DNA of 64,000 nucleotides from Neocallimastix sp. 'constans' (Eukaryota): the NCBI GenBank assembly GCA_050613775.1, contig JBODTK010000015.1, positions 62,001 through 126,000 of the forward strand. The letters run 5' to 3'. This document shows positions 51,692 to 63,378 of the stretch, piece by piece. The notes under the pieces were generated by a model that was not told the origin of the DNA, ran no database searches, and saw nothing but the letters and a program-made list of their open reading frames with translations. The translations under genes and the position numbers were made by a program. The first letter of the stretch is position 1, and every line of letters starts with the position of its first letter.

Positions 51692-54600
51692 ATGGAAAGT
51701 GAAGAAGCAACAAGTACAAAAAATAATTTTCAAATTCCAATAATCAATCCCAATAATATCGATGCTTCGAAATTTATATCAGCAATAACCGATTTTATTC
51801 CTACATTCTTCTCCCCAAATGGAGTTCTTACCAAAGAAGGAGAAGCAAATATAAAGCCGAATATTCAAGAAGTTTTAATTCAATGTGAGAGTTTTTTCAT
51901 CGATCATCCAAATTCATTCCAAAGCGATGAAAACAAAAATACATACGTAATAAATAAACTAAATGGTCTACCTAGAAGATGGGGTCTCTCTCTATTAGTT
52001 GATGGTACACTGAAAACTCTGAGCTACCAAAAATTTAAGAAGTTACTACTCAAGAATTTTGACTCGGGTGATGAGAAGAAGCAGAAGTACATGCTGATGA
52101 AGCAGTTATGGGATTTGAAGCAAGAACAACTTGGAAAGGTTGCTGAATTCACGATAGAGTTCCGAAGATTAGCAGCAAGGCTTAAATGGCCAGATGAAGT
52201 TTTCATCGACATAATTGGAAAAGGTCTACTGGATGAAGTACGTGAAGAATATGATAAAATAAAGAAGCCAAAAACACTATTTGAAGCTACAAATGTTATT
52301 ATTGACATAGACAAAAAATGCTACTTGGAGACCAAAATTCGCAATTCCTGTCATTTTAGAAACCACAAAACAAAGTCATTTAATAGAAAGAAATATGAAT
52401 TCAATAAAAGCAGTACTAAGTCGAGAAATCTACATCATAGGAAGAACAAGTTCAAAAAAGAAATACTCTCTGCTAATTATACACCAAATAGTTCCAATTC
52501 TATGACAACTACCTTTGTTATATCTACCAACTCAAAGTCTTTCAAAATTAATTTACTAATTGATTCAGGCTCTGCCAAAAGCTTTATTTGCAAGGACTTT
52601 ATTTCAGCTAATAAAATTCCAATCTCAGGCCTTTCTTCTCCTATTAGTATCCAATTGCCCAATAGTAAAAGTATGGTAATTAAACAATCTACGAAGCCTT
52701 TAAAACTGAAAATAATGGACCATATTGAAACCTATGAATTCTACGTTGGTAATCTACAACTTCAAGGTATAAGTGGTATTTTAGGAAGGGATTGGCTCTC
52801 GATTCATAATCCCTATATCAACTTTAAATCCAATAAAATCTATTTCTTGGAAAGTAACTGTGGACAACATTGTCATTCTTGTAAAGGAAATAAATTTATA
52901 TTCCGTTCTAATAATATAACAGCACCTATGCTAGAAGAATCCTCACAATGCGGCCATGACTCAATTATACCTTCATTTATTTCTGAAGATGAACTATATG
53001 ATGAGGATATATGTTGTGTAATTGTTGAAAGTCAAGAACAAGTCAAAACTGATAAAAGTAATAACACAAATGAACTTAGAAATAAAAATAAAATTCTCAA
53101 TAATAAGAAACTTAGAAATAAAAATAAAATTCTCAATAATAAGAAACTTAGAAATAAAAATAAAATTCTCAATAATATGGAACTTAGAAATAAAGATAAA
53201 ATTCTCAATAATAAGAAACTTAGTACTAAAGAAATCATTCAAAAATACTATTCAGATCTAGTGAAAGTCTTTAAAAAAGAAGAAGCTGATAAATTACCTC
53301 CCCACCGGAGCTATGACATAACAATCGATTTGATCCCTGGAGGACAATTATTCTTTGGACCAATATATCCTTTAACTACGGTGGAAATGAAAGCCTTGAA
53401 AGAATATATCGAAGAAAATTTAGCTAAAGGCTTCATTCGAAAATCAAAATCCCCAGCTGGTGCTCCAATATTGTTTGTTAGAAAACACGATGGTTCTCTC
53501 AGGTTATGCGTGGATTATCGCCGTCTGAATGCTATTACAATCCGTAATAGTTACCCACTGCCAAGGATTAACGATTTAATGGAAGTATTTAAAGGATCAA
53601 AGATTTTTACCAGACTTGACTTAAGGTCTGCGTATAATCTTGTCAGAATAAAGGAAGGACATGAGTATCTTACAGCCTTCCGTACTCCAATAGGTCATTT
53701 CGAGTATCTTGTAATGCCTTTCGGCTTACGTAATGCTCCTTCAGTTTTTCAAAGATTCATACAAGATACATTGTCAGAAATCACTGGATCCTTTGTTCAG
53801 GCATATTTGGATGATATAATTATCTTTTCTCCTGACTTTGATACTCACATTAAGCATGTTCGTCATGTTCTTACTCTACTAATAAAAAATGGCTTATTCG
53901 TGAAATTAGAAAAATGTGAATTTCACGTATTTGAAACTACATTCTTAGGTTTCACGGTTTCTATACATGGACTCACTATGGATAAGGATAAATTAAAATC
54001 AATTTTGGAATGGCCCATACCCAAAAACATCAAAGAACTCCAAAGTTTTCTTGGTTTAGGGAATTACTACAGAAAATTTATAAAAAACTTTGCTGAAATC
54101 ATTGAACCTTTGCGGAAACTTTTAAAAAAGAATGCTGATTACTTATGGAACGAGGAAGCAAATTATGCATTTAATAAACTTAAAAATGCTTTCCTCAACA
54201 ATGAAGTACTTATCTTTCCCGATCCAGAGAAAGAATTTGTAGTAGAAACAGATGCCAGTGATTTTGCTGTTGGCTGCATTCTTTCCCAAGTTAGCCCTAA
54301 GGATAATTTATTACATCCTGTAGCATTTTACTCTCGCTCTATGAATAAGGCTGAAGTTAATTATACAATTTACGACAAAGAACTTCTAGCCATTATTACA
54401 GCATTTGACGTATGGAGGCATCATCTTGAAGGTGCCAAATATCCAGTTCAAATTCTTACAGACCATAGGAACCTACTTTATATGAAGAAACCTCAACATC
54501 TTAATCAGAGGCAAATTCGTTGGAGCCTCTTCTTATCTAAATTTGACTTTAGAATTGCTTATAGACCGGGAGTTAGTTCTGGTAAACCGGATTCCTTGTC

Positions 54601-55939
54601 AAGAAGACCGGACTATAAGAAGAATAACTCCTTAGAGGGCTCATCTATCATCAATGATGATGTATTCTGCTGTACAATCGACAGAAATATCAATAGCTTA
54701 AAAGAGTCCCAGTTGTCTGATAAATTTTGTCAAGATACGATAAGAAAGATCCAAGAAAAATCTGGTAAAGTTAAAAGCTCCATATTCAGCCTCTTTAAAG
54801 GTATCCTACATTTCCAAAATAGAATAATTGTGCCAGCATCACTCAAGGCTAGACTTCTAAAATCCTTTCATGATACTCCAACTAGTGGCCATCAGGGGGT
54901 AGATAGGACCCTCGAAAAACTTAGAAGGTACTACTGGTGGCCTAATATGAAAAAGGACGTTATTAATTACGTTCATTCATGCGAAGTATGTGGAAGAAAC
55001 AAGATAAGAAGACATAAACCGTATGGCAAGTTACAGCCACTCCCCATTCCTACAAAACCCTGGGAAGTTATAGGTGTCGATTATATTGTTTACCTCCCTA
55101 CTTCAAGAGATTGTACTTGTATCATGGTAGTATCGGACCACTTAACTAAAATGGTCCATTTAGTCCCTTGCTCTGATGTTCCTTCTGCTGATCAAACTGC
55201 AAAGCTCCTTCTTCTCAATGTGTTCAAATTTCATGGATTTCCTAAAACCATTATTTCGGATCATGGCTCACAGTTTTCTTCGGAATTTTGGACCTCCTTG
55301 TGTTATGCCCTTCAGATAAAGCCCAGATTAGCTACTGCTCACCACCAACAATCTAATGGTCAAGTAGAGCGTGCGAATGCTGTTATTGAACAATATCTTC
55401 GTTGTTATTGTTCTACTGCTCAAAGTGACTGGTGTTATTATCTACCTTTATGTGAGTTTGCTTATAATAATTCTCTACATAGTTCCATTGGTATGTCGCC
55501 TTTTTATGCAAACTACGGCTTCCATCCCAATTGTTTTATAGATTCACCTCCTATTCTTTTAAAGGATAATGCTTCATGCTTAACTAGGGATTGGTCTTCA
55601 CATTTCGAATCTCTCAAGAAACACCTTATAAAGGCAAAAGAAGACTACAAAAAATATGCGGATGTTGGAAAAGCTGAAGGCCCAAATTTCAATGTTAATG
55701 ACTTAGTATGGTTAAGAAGATACTACTTTACCAATGAACCGGCGAAAAAATTAGCTTCTCAATATCTCGGTCCATTTAAAATCATTGAGAAAGGGCAAAG
55801 AATGAACTACCGTTTGGAGTTACCGGAAAACCTCCATCTCCATCCGGTATTTCATATCTCTCAGCTTGAGCCATATACAAAAAGAAATCCAGAATTATCA
55901 GAACCATTAGAAACAGAAGAAGAAAGAAGAGCAATGTAA
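51692..55939 (+). CDS. Single-ORF Gag-Pol polyprotein, Tf1/Tf2-like, no chromodomain
   Basis: LIDSGS, ILGRDWL, LPPHR, SPAGAPILFVRKHDGSLRLCVDYR, YLDD, TDAS, HHCC, SDHG, GPF...HPVFHISQLEP. Confidence 0.95.
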   Translation: MESEEATSTKNNFQIPIINPNNIDASKFISAITDFIPTFFSPNGVLTKEGEANIKPNIQEVLIQCESFFIDHPNSFQSDENKNTYVINKLNGLPRRWGLSLLVDGTLKTLSYQKFKKLLLKNFDSGDEKKQKYMLMKQLWDLKQEQLGKVAEFTIEFRRLAARLKWPDEVFIDIIGKGLLDEVREEYDKIKKPKTLFEATNVIIDIDKKCYLETKIRNSCHFRNHKTKSFNRKKYEFNKSSTKSRNLHHRKNKFKKEILSANYTPNSSNSMTTTFVISTNSKSFKINLLIDSGSAKSFICKDFISANKIPISGLSSPISIQLPNSKSMVIKQSTKPLKLKIMDHIETYEFYVGNLQLQGISGILGRDWLSIHNPYINFKSNKIYFLESNCGQHCHSCKGNKFIFRSNNITAPMLEESSQCGHDSIIPSFISEDELYDEDICCVIVESQEQVKTDKSNNTNELRNKNKILNNKKLRNKNKILNNKKLRNKNKILNNMELRNKDKILNNKKLSTKEIIQKYYSDLVKVFKKEEADKLPPHRSYDITIDLIPGGQLFFGPIYPLTTVEMKALKEYIEENLAKGFIRKSKSPAGAPILFVRKHDGSLRLCVDYRRLNAITIRNSYPLPRINDLMEVFKGSKIFTRLDLRSAYNLVRIKEGHEYLTAFRTPIGHFEYLVMPFGLRNAPSVFQRFIQDTLSEITGSFVQAYLDDIIIFSPDFDTHIKHVRHVLTLLIKNGLFVKLEKCEFHVFETTFLGFTVSIHGLTMDKDKLKSILEWPIPKNIKELQSFLGLGNYYRKFIKNFAEIIEPLRKLLKKNADYLWNEEANYAFNKLKNAFLNNEVLIFPDPEKEFVVETDASDFAVGCILSQVSPKDNLLHPVAFYSRSMNKAEVNYTIYDKELLAIITAFDVWRHHLEGAKYPVQILTDHRNLLYMKKPQHLNQRQIRWSLFLSKFDFRIAYRPGVSSGKPDSLSRRPDYKKNNSLEGSSIINDDVFCCTIDRNINSLKESQLSDKFCQDTIRKIQEKSGKVKSSIFSLFKGILHFQNRIIVPASLKARLLKSFHDTPTSGHQGVDRTLEKLRRYYWWPNMKKDVINYVHSCEVCGRNKIRRHKPYGKLQPLPIPTKPWEVIGVDYIVYLPTSRDCTCIMVVSDHLTKMVHLVPCSDVPSADQTAKLLLLNVFKFHGFPKTIISDHGSQFSSEFWTSLCYALQIKPRLATAHHQQSNGQVERANAVIEQYLRCYCSTAQSDWCYYLPLCEFAYNNSLHSSIGMSPFYANYGFHPNCFIDSPPILLKDNASCLTRDWSSHFESLKKHLIKAKEDYKKYADVGKAEGPNFNVNDLVWLRRYYFTNEPAKKLASQYLGPFKIIEKGQRMNYRLELPENLHLHPVFHISQLEPYTKRNPELSEPLETEEERRAM

Positions 55940-56977
55940 GAAATCATAATTATTCAATAATGAATAATTAATATTTCTTATAATTAATGAAAAATCATTA
56001 ATAATTTATAATTATTTATAAAATAATAATTATTTTTAAATAATTATTTATTTAAATAATAATTAATATATTCATTGATTTTAACTTATAAATTTATTTA
56101 ATAGTTATATTTTCATATATTGATTTAAATTTATTTATATATTATAATTTTATACATTTATATAAATAATATAAAATTTATTTACTTATTATTATTATTC
56201 ATTTAAATAAAATTTTTACAAAAAATTATGTAAATTTGTATTTAATATTTTACCATAAAAATATTAGTTATTTTAATTAAAATGAATTATGTATTTTATA
56301 ATGTATTATAAACTATAAATGTATCTAATCTATCATATTATTTAATCTTTTTTTTAAATGAAAAAAAAAAAAAAAAAAAAAAAATCTTTTTTTTTCATTA
56401 ATTCCTATCCTATCAATATTTAATATTTTATAATTAATTAGAAAATCGGTAATTAATGTTTTTCCTAACAAATAGGTTTTCTTTAATTATACGATGATCA
56501 ATATGATTAGAATATTGATCGAAAAACTATTTAGGTTTTTCTTCTAATCTTTTCCTAAATAGATTTTTTGTTAAGATTAGAAAATAAATTTATTTAACCG
56601 ATTAATTTTTTAAAAAAATATAAATAGGACTCTTGAATTCTCTTTGAGAAATCAAGAGTTATTATTTTAAGAAAATATAATAAATAATAACAAATAAAAT
56701 AAATTTTTTTATTTATATATCAAAAAAAAAAACTGTTATTAATCATAAAAGATTTTTTTTTAAAAAGAATATTTTCAACTACTATTCTGCCGTTGCTTGG
56801 TTATTGTTTGTTATATTTACTTATAATAAACTCTTTATAATTAAGTATAATTTTTATTTTTTTTAATTTTATTTTTCTCAATTTTAATATTATGTAAAAA
56901 TAATATTAAAATTGTAGATAATAGTTATATTAATTAATTTTAGTTTTAGTATAGCTATTACACAGAAATTTGCAAAA

Positions 56978-57050
56978 GCGAAGTTGGCGCAGTCGGCAGC
57001 GCGTAAGTCTCATAATCTTAAGGTCGTGAGTTCGAACCTCACACTTCGCA
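56978..57050 (+). tRNA. tRNA-Met(CAT), elongator type, intact
   Basis: Acceptor stem GCGAAGT/ACTTCGC, anticodon loop CTCATAA, GTTCGAAC T loop, G1-C72 pair, TTTTT terminator at 57051-57055. Confidence 0.96.
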
Positions 57051-57055
57051 TTTTT

Positions 57056-57965
57056 GAATTTAAATCATATTTTAATTTATTTTTTCTATATAAAAAATAT
57101 ATATATAGATATATTACATGTAAATATATTCAAAATTATTACTTATTATAACTAAATTTCGTTTTTACATTTTTTTTATTTTCTAAATATATATATATTT
57201 ATTTTTATTTATTTTTTTTATTCATTTTTTTTGTTATATATATATAATTTTTTCCAAGAGAAATAAGAAATCCATAGACACCTTTAGTTTCAATATACAA
57301 AATAAAAGTGTGTTTTTTCTTTTTCTTTTTTTATTTTTTATTTCAAATTTTTTTTTATTAAATTATAAATTCAAAATAGAAAGACAATTGAAATAGAAGA
57401 AGATAATGATAAGGAAGAGTCTATTTTCGAGAAAATATTTATTTTATTTTTTTTTTCTACATATAATTTTTTTTCTTCATCAAAAAAAAAAAAAAGATAC
57501 ATATATGCCATTTAAAAGACTATTCTATTTCTAATAAAAAAATTTAGTTAATAAATTTAAAAATTTAAAAATAAATATTATAAATAAACATATTGTTTAA
57601 ATTATTTATCTAAAAAAAAGTTATTTAAAATTTAAAATTTTGATATAGATAGTAATAAAGGAATTATTATAAGTAGTAATATATTGAATATTGATTAAAA
57701 GACTAGGATATTAATAATAAATATGAATTAATATTATTAATATAATTAATAATTAAATAGTTATATTATTCTTGAATCATAATGTATAAAATTATTTTAA
57801 AAGACATTAATAATTATTAATAATTTTGAAAATAATGATTTTTTAAAAGTATAGGAAATTCAATTAGTATAAGGAAAAACAATTTTAAAATAATTTATTT
57901 GAAGGATTAAGTTTTTTTAGGTAAACTTACATAACAATTTCTGTTCAGACATTACTATTTATTTT
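57056..57965 (+). repeat. tRNA-Met downstream flank repeat, copy 3
   Basis: Inverted homolog of 6990-7740, clearest over ~57520-57965. Confidence 0.8.
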
Positions 57966-57969
57966 TCGA

Positions 57970-58610
57970 TTATACAATATAAGTAATAAAGTATCAAATT
58001 TTTATTTATTTAATTATAACGAGGTCGAGCAAATAGGGAATTTATAAAATAATATATTCCAACTCAAAGATAATAAATAATAATTTACACAAATAATAAA
58101 ATTTATTTATTTCTTTTTAAATCTTGTTTTTATTTACTTATTTAATTTTACATAAATTATTACAAATATATTTCATATTCCTCTGAATGTAATAATTATT
58201 AACTATCTCTAATAATTCAATATATATTAATATCTTAATAATAATTTTACTTATAATTGTAGGATTCAACTCTTATCCTTTAACTATAAGTAATTAATTA
58301 TTTAAACTAAACTATAAGTTCTCTAAAACTATTATTTTATTCTCAATTAGAATTTCCAAAACAACAAGAAAACTCTCTCAATTTTTATTTCTTTCTTTTC
58401 TTTTATATTTATTAATTAATTTTATCTTGAATATTATTGGCTGTCTGATAATTTTAATCTATTTATATGATTTAGTATATTATATATTATAATTATTTTT
58501 CACTATTATTATAGGATTTCTCTTTTGTTAATTTTCTTGCGTATTTCTAGCTGTATCGTATCAAAACGCCCCCACTTAGTCTTGACTTCGTCCCTTGAAG
58601 TCTATTACTT
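57970..58610 (-). mobile_element. 3' end of a minus-strand LTR element: LTR 57970-58563, PPT and pre-PPT hairpin
   Basis: Minus strand reads GACTTCAAGGGACGAAGTC...GTGGGGGCGTTT then TGATACG; no coding sequence remains upstream. Confidence 0.75.
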
Positions 58611-59629
58611 GGGTATTTAGATACAATTTATATAATTTTTTTTTATAATAAATTTATAATGATTTATAAGATATAAGATATATAAATTTTTTTTTTTTTT
58701 TTTTTTTATAATAAATTTTTAATGATTTATAAAATATATATATATATATTTTTTTTTTTTTAGGTAAGTCATTATTTTATTTTTGTTATATATATTGAAT
58801 AATTTTAATTTAACTTTGAAATTGAAATTGAAATGAGATTTTGAAATTTAAATTTTGAAATTTAAAATTGAATTATTAATTTATTATTATTCTAAATATT
58901 TATATATATGTATTTATAATTTTCTTATGTGTATTGTTTATATCTTAACGTGTCATTCATAATGTGATTTATTTATGTTGTCATTTAAAATAAAATATAT
59001 AAATAATAATAAAAGAAAATAATTGAATCTTGTATTGTAGTTTAACTATTATTAGAGTGTTAAGTATATATATATATCTTCTCAATTATTAATATTAATT
59101 AATATTATTTATCATTATTATTATGATATTATTTATTTTCCAAAATAAATCATTTTTAAATTATTTTTCTATGTATATATATTATATCTTATCTATTCAT
59201 AAAGTGTCGTAATAAATTATATTATACTATATATCATTTATTTTATTATCTATCTCTTATTATATTACCTAAGTCCTATATAAATTTGTTTATACTATAT
59301 ACATATTTTAATATTTCTAATTTATTCACTATTATATATATTGTTTTATATATTTTATTCTATTATATATATTATCCTTTCTTATATCTTATTACTATTA
59401 TCCTATATGTTATTATACTATTTATTTATTTATTATACTATTATATATACTTATTTATTCATTAAATATTTTTATTATTTATTGTATATGATTACGGTTG
59501 TTTATTTATATATATACTATCCTATTATTGATTATTATTATTCAATTTTTTAATTTTTTTTTTTTTTTTTTAAATTTTTTTTTTTTATTTAAATTTTATA
59601 TATATATATATATATATATTATATCTATC

Positions 59630-60557
59630 TGATTGTTTAAATTATTTATATAAAAAAGAGTTATTTAAAATTTATAATTTTGATATAGATAGTAATAAAG
59701 GAATTATTATAAGTAGTAATTTATTGAATATTGATAAAAAGACTAGGATATTAATAAAATATAAATTAATATTATTAATATAATTAACAATAAATTATAT
59801 TATTCTTGAATCATAATGTATAAATTATTTTAAAAGACATTAATAATTATTAATAATTTTTGAAATAATGATTTTTTGAAAGTATAGGAAATTCAATTAG
59901 TATAAAGAAAAGCAATTTTAAAATAATTTATTTGAAGGGCTAAGTTTTTTTAGGTAAACTTACATAACAATTTCTGTTATATAAGTTGAAATAGAAGAAG
60001 AAGATGATAAGGAAGAATTTATTATCAAGAAAATATTTATATTATTTTTTTTTATATATATAATTTTTTTTTTCATCAAAAAAAAAAAAAAAAAAAAAGA
60101 TACACATATGCAATTTAAAAGAATATTCTATTTCTAATAAAAAAATTTAATTAATCAATTTAAAAATTAAAAATAAATAATATAAATAAACATACTGTTT
60201 AAATTATTTATTTAAAAAAAAATTATTTAAAATTTTTATATAGATAGTATTAAAGGAATTATTATAAGTAGTAATATATTGATTAAAAGACTAGGATATT
60301 AATAATAAATATAAATTAATATTATTAATATAATTAATAATAGAATAATAATATCATTATTAAATCATAATGTATAAAATTATTTTAAAAGACATTAATA
60401 ATTATTAATAATTCTGTGGAAATAATGATTTTTTTATAATATAGACCAATTCAATTAGTTTAAAGAAAAGCAATTTTAATATAATTTATTTAAAGGGTTA
60501 AGTTTTTTTTAGGTAAACATACATAACAATTTCTATTCAGACTATACTAATGATTTT
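59630..60557 (+). repeat. Two further partial copies of the tRNA flank repeat, without a tRNA gene
   Basis: ~59630-59978 and ~59985-60557 match 57385-57965. Confidence 0.82.
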
Positions 60558-60561
60558 TTGA

Positions 60562-61540
60562 TGATTTATACCTGATATTCTTAATCTACAAAATTAAATT
60601 TTGTAGAAGTGAATAAGAGGATAAATACTGAATAAAATAGATTTAATAAAAAAAAAAAAATAAATATGTTTTATTATTAAACGCAAAAATGTTTTATTAA
60701 AAAAATTTATTTTTATTTTAATATTAATCTTTATTTATTTAATAATTAATTTTGTTTAAATTAATAAAATAATTGTTAAAACTAATAAAATAATAAAATG
60801 AAGTATATATTATTTATACTAATTTATTTTAAATTTTAATAATAAAATTGATTATTAATAACTAATAAAATGTATATAATAATTTATTAAATAATTAATA
60901 ATCATACTTTTTGATTATTAAAAGTAATAAAATATCTATAATAATTTATTAAATAATTAATAATTATACTTTTTGATTATTAAAACTAATAAAATATTTA
61001 TAATAATTTATTAAATAATTAATAATAAAGAATAATTTATAAGAAATATTTACATGTTTTTATATTTTTCTTTGATTTTAAACTATTTACATTAAAAATA
61101 ATAAAATTAATAAAAGAGAAATAAAGAATAATTTATTATTAAATTAAACAATATTTACAATTAAAATATTAATAAAGATGAGTTTTAAAATGTTATTTTA
61201 ATTACAATTTGTTTATAAAAGTTGAGTTATAAAATAAATAAAATAATCATTATTTTAAATAAAAGTAACTTAAAAATTATTTAACTAGTTAATTTTAATT
61301 TTGAGATGTTTATAAGTTTGTTAACTTGTTATTTATAATTTATTAAATTTGTTTATTATTTTGTTTATTTGTAGTTTTAGAAAAATATTATTTTAATTTA
61401 TTTTAGTTTTTAATTAAAATTATTAATGATTAATTAATTTATTATTATTTTATTTTAATTATTTTTATTTAATTAAATTTTCTTTAATATGGATTTAATT
61501 TTTTTTTTAGAATGGATTAATTTTTGGGTTAAGTTAGACA
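60562..61540 (-). repeat. LTR homologous to 15153-16194, interrupted by element 6
   Basis: Long reverse-complement match; preceded by TTGA. Confidence 0.85.
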
Positions 61541-61545
61541 AGAAT

Positions 61546-63378
61546 TGTTAAGATAATAACTGAATTTCAATTTCAATTTCAATAATTCAGTTATTTGAAT
61601 TTCAATATTAATAATTAATAATATAATAATTATTATTAAAATATTTAGGAAATAGTCTAGGCCAACTAATTGACTAAATATTATTAACATATTGAAATTA
61701 ATATATATTAAATAATGATATAAAACAAATATATGTAGTAACATATTTGTATATTTAATAATAATTATTAAATATTAAATTTATATCTTTTTGATAATAA
61801 TTATTTTATTTTATTTTATTTTAATATATATTATTATAATTATAATAATTATAATACTTTAATTCATATAAAATTTATATAGTTCTATATATTAGGATAT
61901 ATAATTAGTATATTACCTATTTCTTATAAATTAAATTATTTATATTAGAAATAGTGAACTCTCTTGTAAATTTTTAGAAATTAGAATTATTATTTAATTG
62001 TACGAATATTATAATTTTATTAATAAAATTTACTAAACTAAACCCACTGCTTATAAATTATTGCACATAAAAGTCCCGCATATCAATAATGTAAACACGT
62101 GATTGTCATATTAAATTAATTTCTACATATTATATTTTAATTATAAAATATAATATTTAGCTATATTAGATTCTTATATTTTATTTATATTAAATATTTA
62201 TATTATTATCTTAGTTTATATTATCAATATCAAACTTTTATTAATGCTATTACATATTCATATTAATAATTAATATTTAATTAATTATTTTATATAAATA
62301 CATGTTTAAATCTTTTGATTAATCCTTTGTAGGATTTTTGTAATTTAAATTATAGTAATAATTATATAAAATAATAATGTAATAAAATATTATTAAGATT
62401 AAATAAAATTTATATTTTAAATAAAAACTTAATTATAAAATTTACTAATAACAATATGTTTTAAATAAGAATAAAATTTAATTATTAATTAATTACTATA
62501 ATTTGGCATCTTGACCTAATCGTTAAGACCAAATTATCACAAAACTTTGACAATAATCCTACCAACAATCTATCGATTACTTCAAGATGTCCACAACAAT
62601 TAGGATCGATCCTAATATATCATTAACAAGTAATGATATATTAAAGCTACTAAAAGAAGAATTTGTTACAATCGAAGAATATAATGAATTTATTCACAAG
62701 ATGAAGAAGAAAATAAAATCGAGGATATCAGAGATGAACAAAGCAAAACAGGTCGTCTACTCTCAGAAAGTTGTTGTAACAAAATCAATGCTAAACGGAT
62801 CAATAGACTTCAGAAGTGCTAAGTTAGCTTTATGTCAAATTGAAAGATTAATATTACAAATTAATCAGAATATTTCTAATTTTGAACAGGTTGATAAGTC
62901 CATGATATTTTTAAAAGAAGAAATTTCTAATAAAAGACAGAAAGAAGCTAATATTAATGAAAACAACATTAATAAAAATAATAATGAATTAATTAATAAA
63001 AATAACATAAATCTCATCACAAAATCTGAACTTCCTGATAAGGAATCCTACGAAGAAACTACAAGACACAGTAAAAATGACTCTAACGAAGAATCAAATA
63101 CAATTAAAGGTAGCAATCACAAAAAAGAAAAAATAAAGTCTAATAAAGTTAGTGGAAATAATAAAATGAAAACTAAACAAAAATTAAAATTAAAGAAATC
63201 ATATAATAAAAATACATATAATAAATTCAATCCAAATCTATTAGTTGCAGTATTTTCATTTCAAAAATTAATATTTATTTTTTTTCAAATTAAAAGAGGA
63301 ATAAGAGCAAATTCACATGAATCTGATTTTTCTCCACTAGTAATGGGAATAAAAAATTCATTCAGTTCAAAAAATTGA
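61546..63378 (+). mobile_element. Element 6: LTR (61546-62552), self-complementary PBS and one ORF; no pol seen
   Basis: TGTTAAG...TTTGACA; ATAATCCTAC directly after the LTR; ORF starts 34 bp later. Confidence 0.72.
62587..63378 (+). CDS. Putative Gag-position ORF, unrecognised; 3' third probably degenerate
   Basis: 263-aa ORF right after LTR and PBS; helical N-terminus then Asn/Lys low complexity. Confidence 0.5.
   Translation: MSTTIRIDPNISLTSNDILKLLKEEFVTIEEYNEFIHKMKKKIKSRISEMNKAKQVVYSQKVVVTKSMLNGSIDFRSAKLALCQIERLILQINQNISNFEQVDKSMIFLKEEISNKRQKEANINENNINKNNNELINKNNINLITKSELPDKESYEETTRHSKNDSNEESNTIKGSNHKKEKIKSNKVSGNNKMKTKQKLKLKKSYNKNTYNKFNPNLLVAVFSFQKLIFIFFQIKRGIRANSHESDFSPLVMGIKNSFSSKN

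Larger units (their letters stand above)
50968..56962 (+). mobile_element. Tf1/sushi-like Ty3/Gypsy element 5, ending 15 bp upstream of tRNA copy 3, with palindromic 5' end
   Basis: TSD CAGAA at 50963-50967 and 56963-56967; single ORF; PPT then 3' LTR 55935-56962. Confidence 0.95.

Noticed and set aside
55870..55939. Chromodomain at the end of element 5 integrase
   Set aside because: The ORF ends about 20 residues after HPVFHISQLEP, running into the PPT and LTR.
50968..56962. DNA transposon or DIRS element, because of the 63-bp terminal inverted repeats
   Set aside because: It encodes gypsy Gag-Pol with a DDE integrase and has a PPT, a normal 3' LTR and a 5-bp TSD; no transposase or tyrosine recombinase.
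56978..57050. Initiator tRNA-Met acting as primer for neighbouring elements
   Set aside because: G1-C72 and the TTCG loop indicate an elongator tRNA, and none of the PBSs is complementary to its 3' end.
59341..59553. 70-aa Tyr/Ile-rich ORF (likewise 61529-61744)
   Set aside because: Low-complexity AT sequence or LTR interior.
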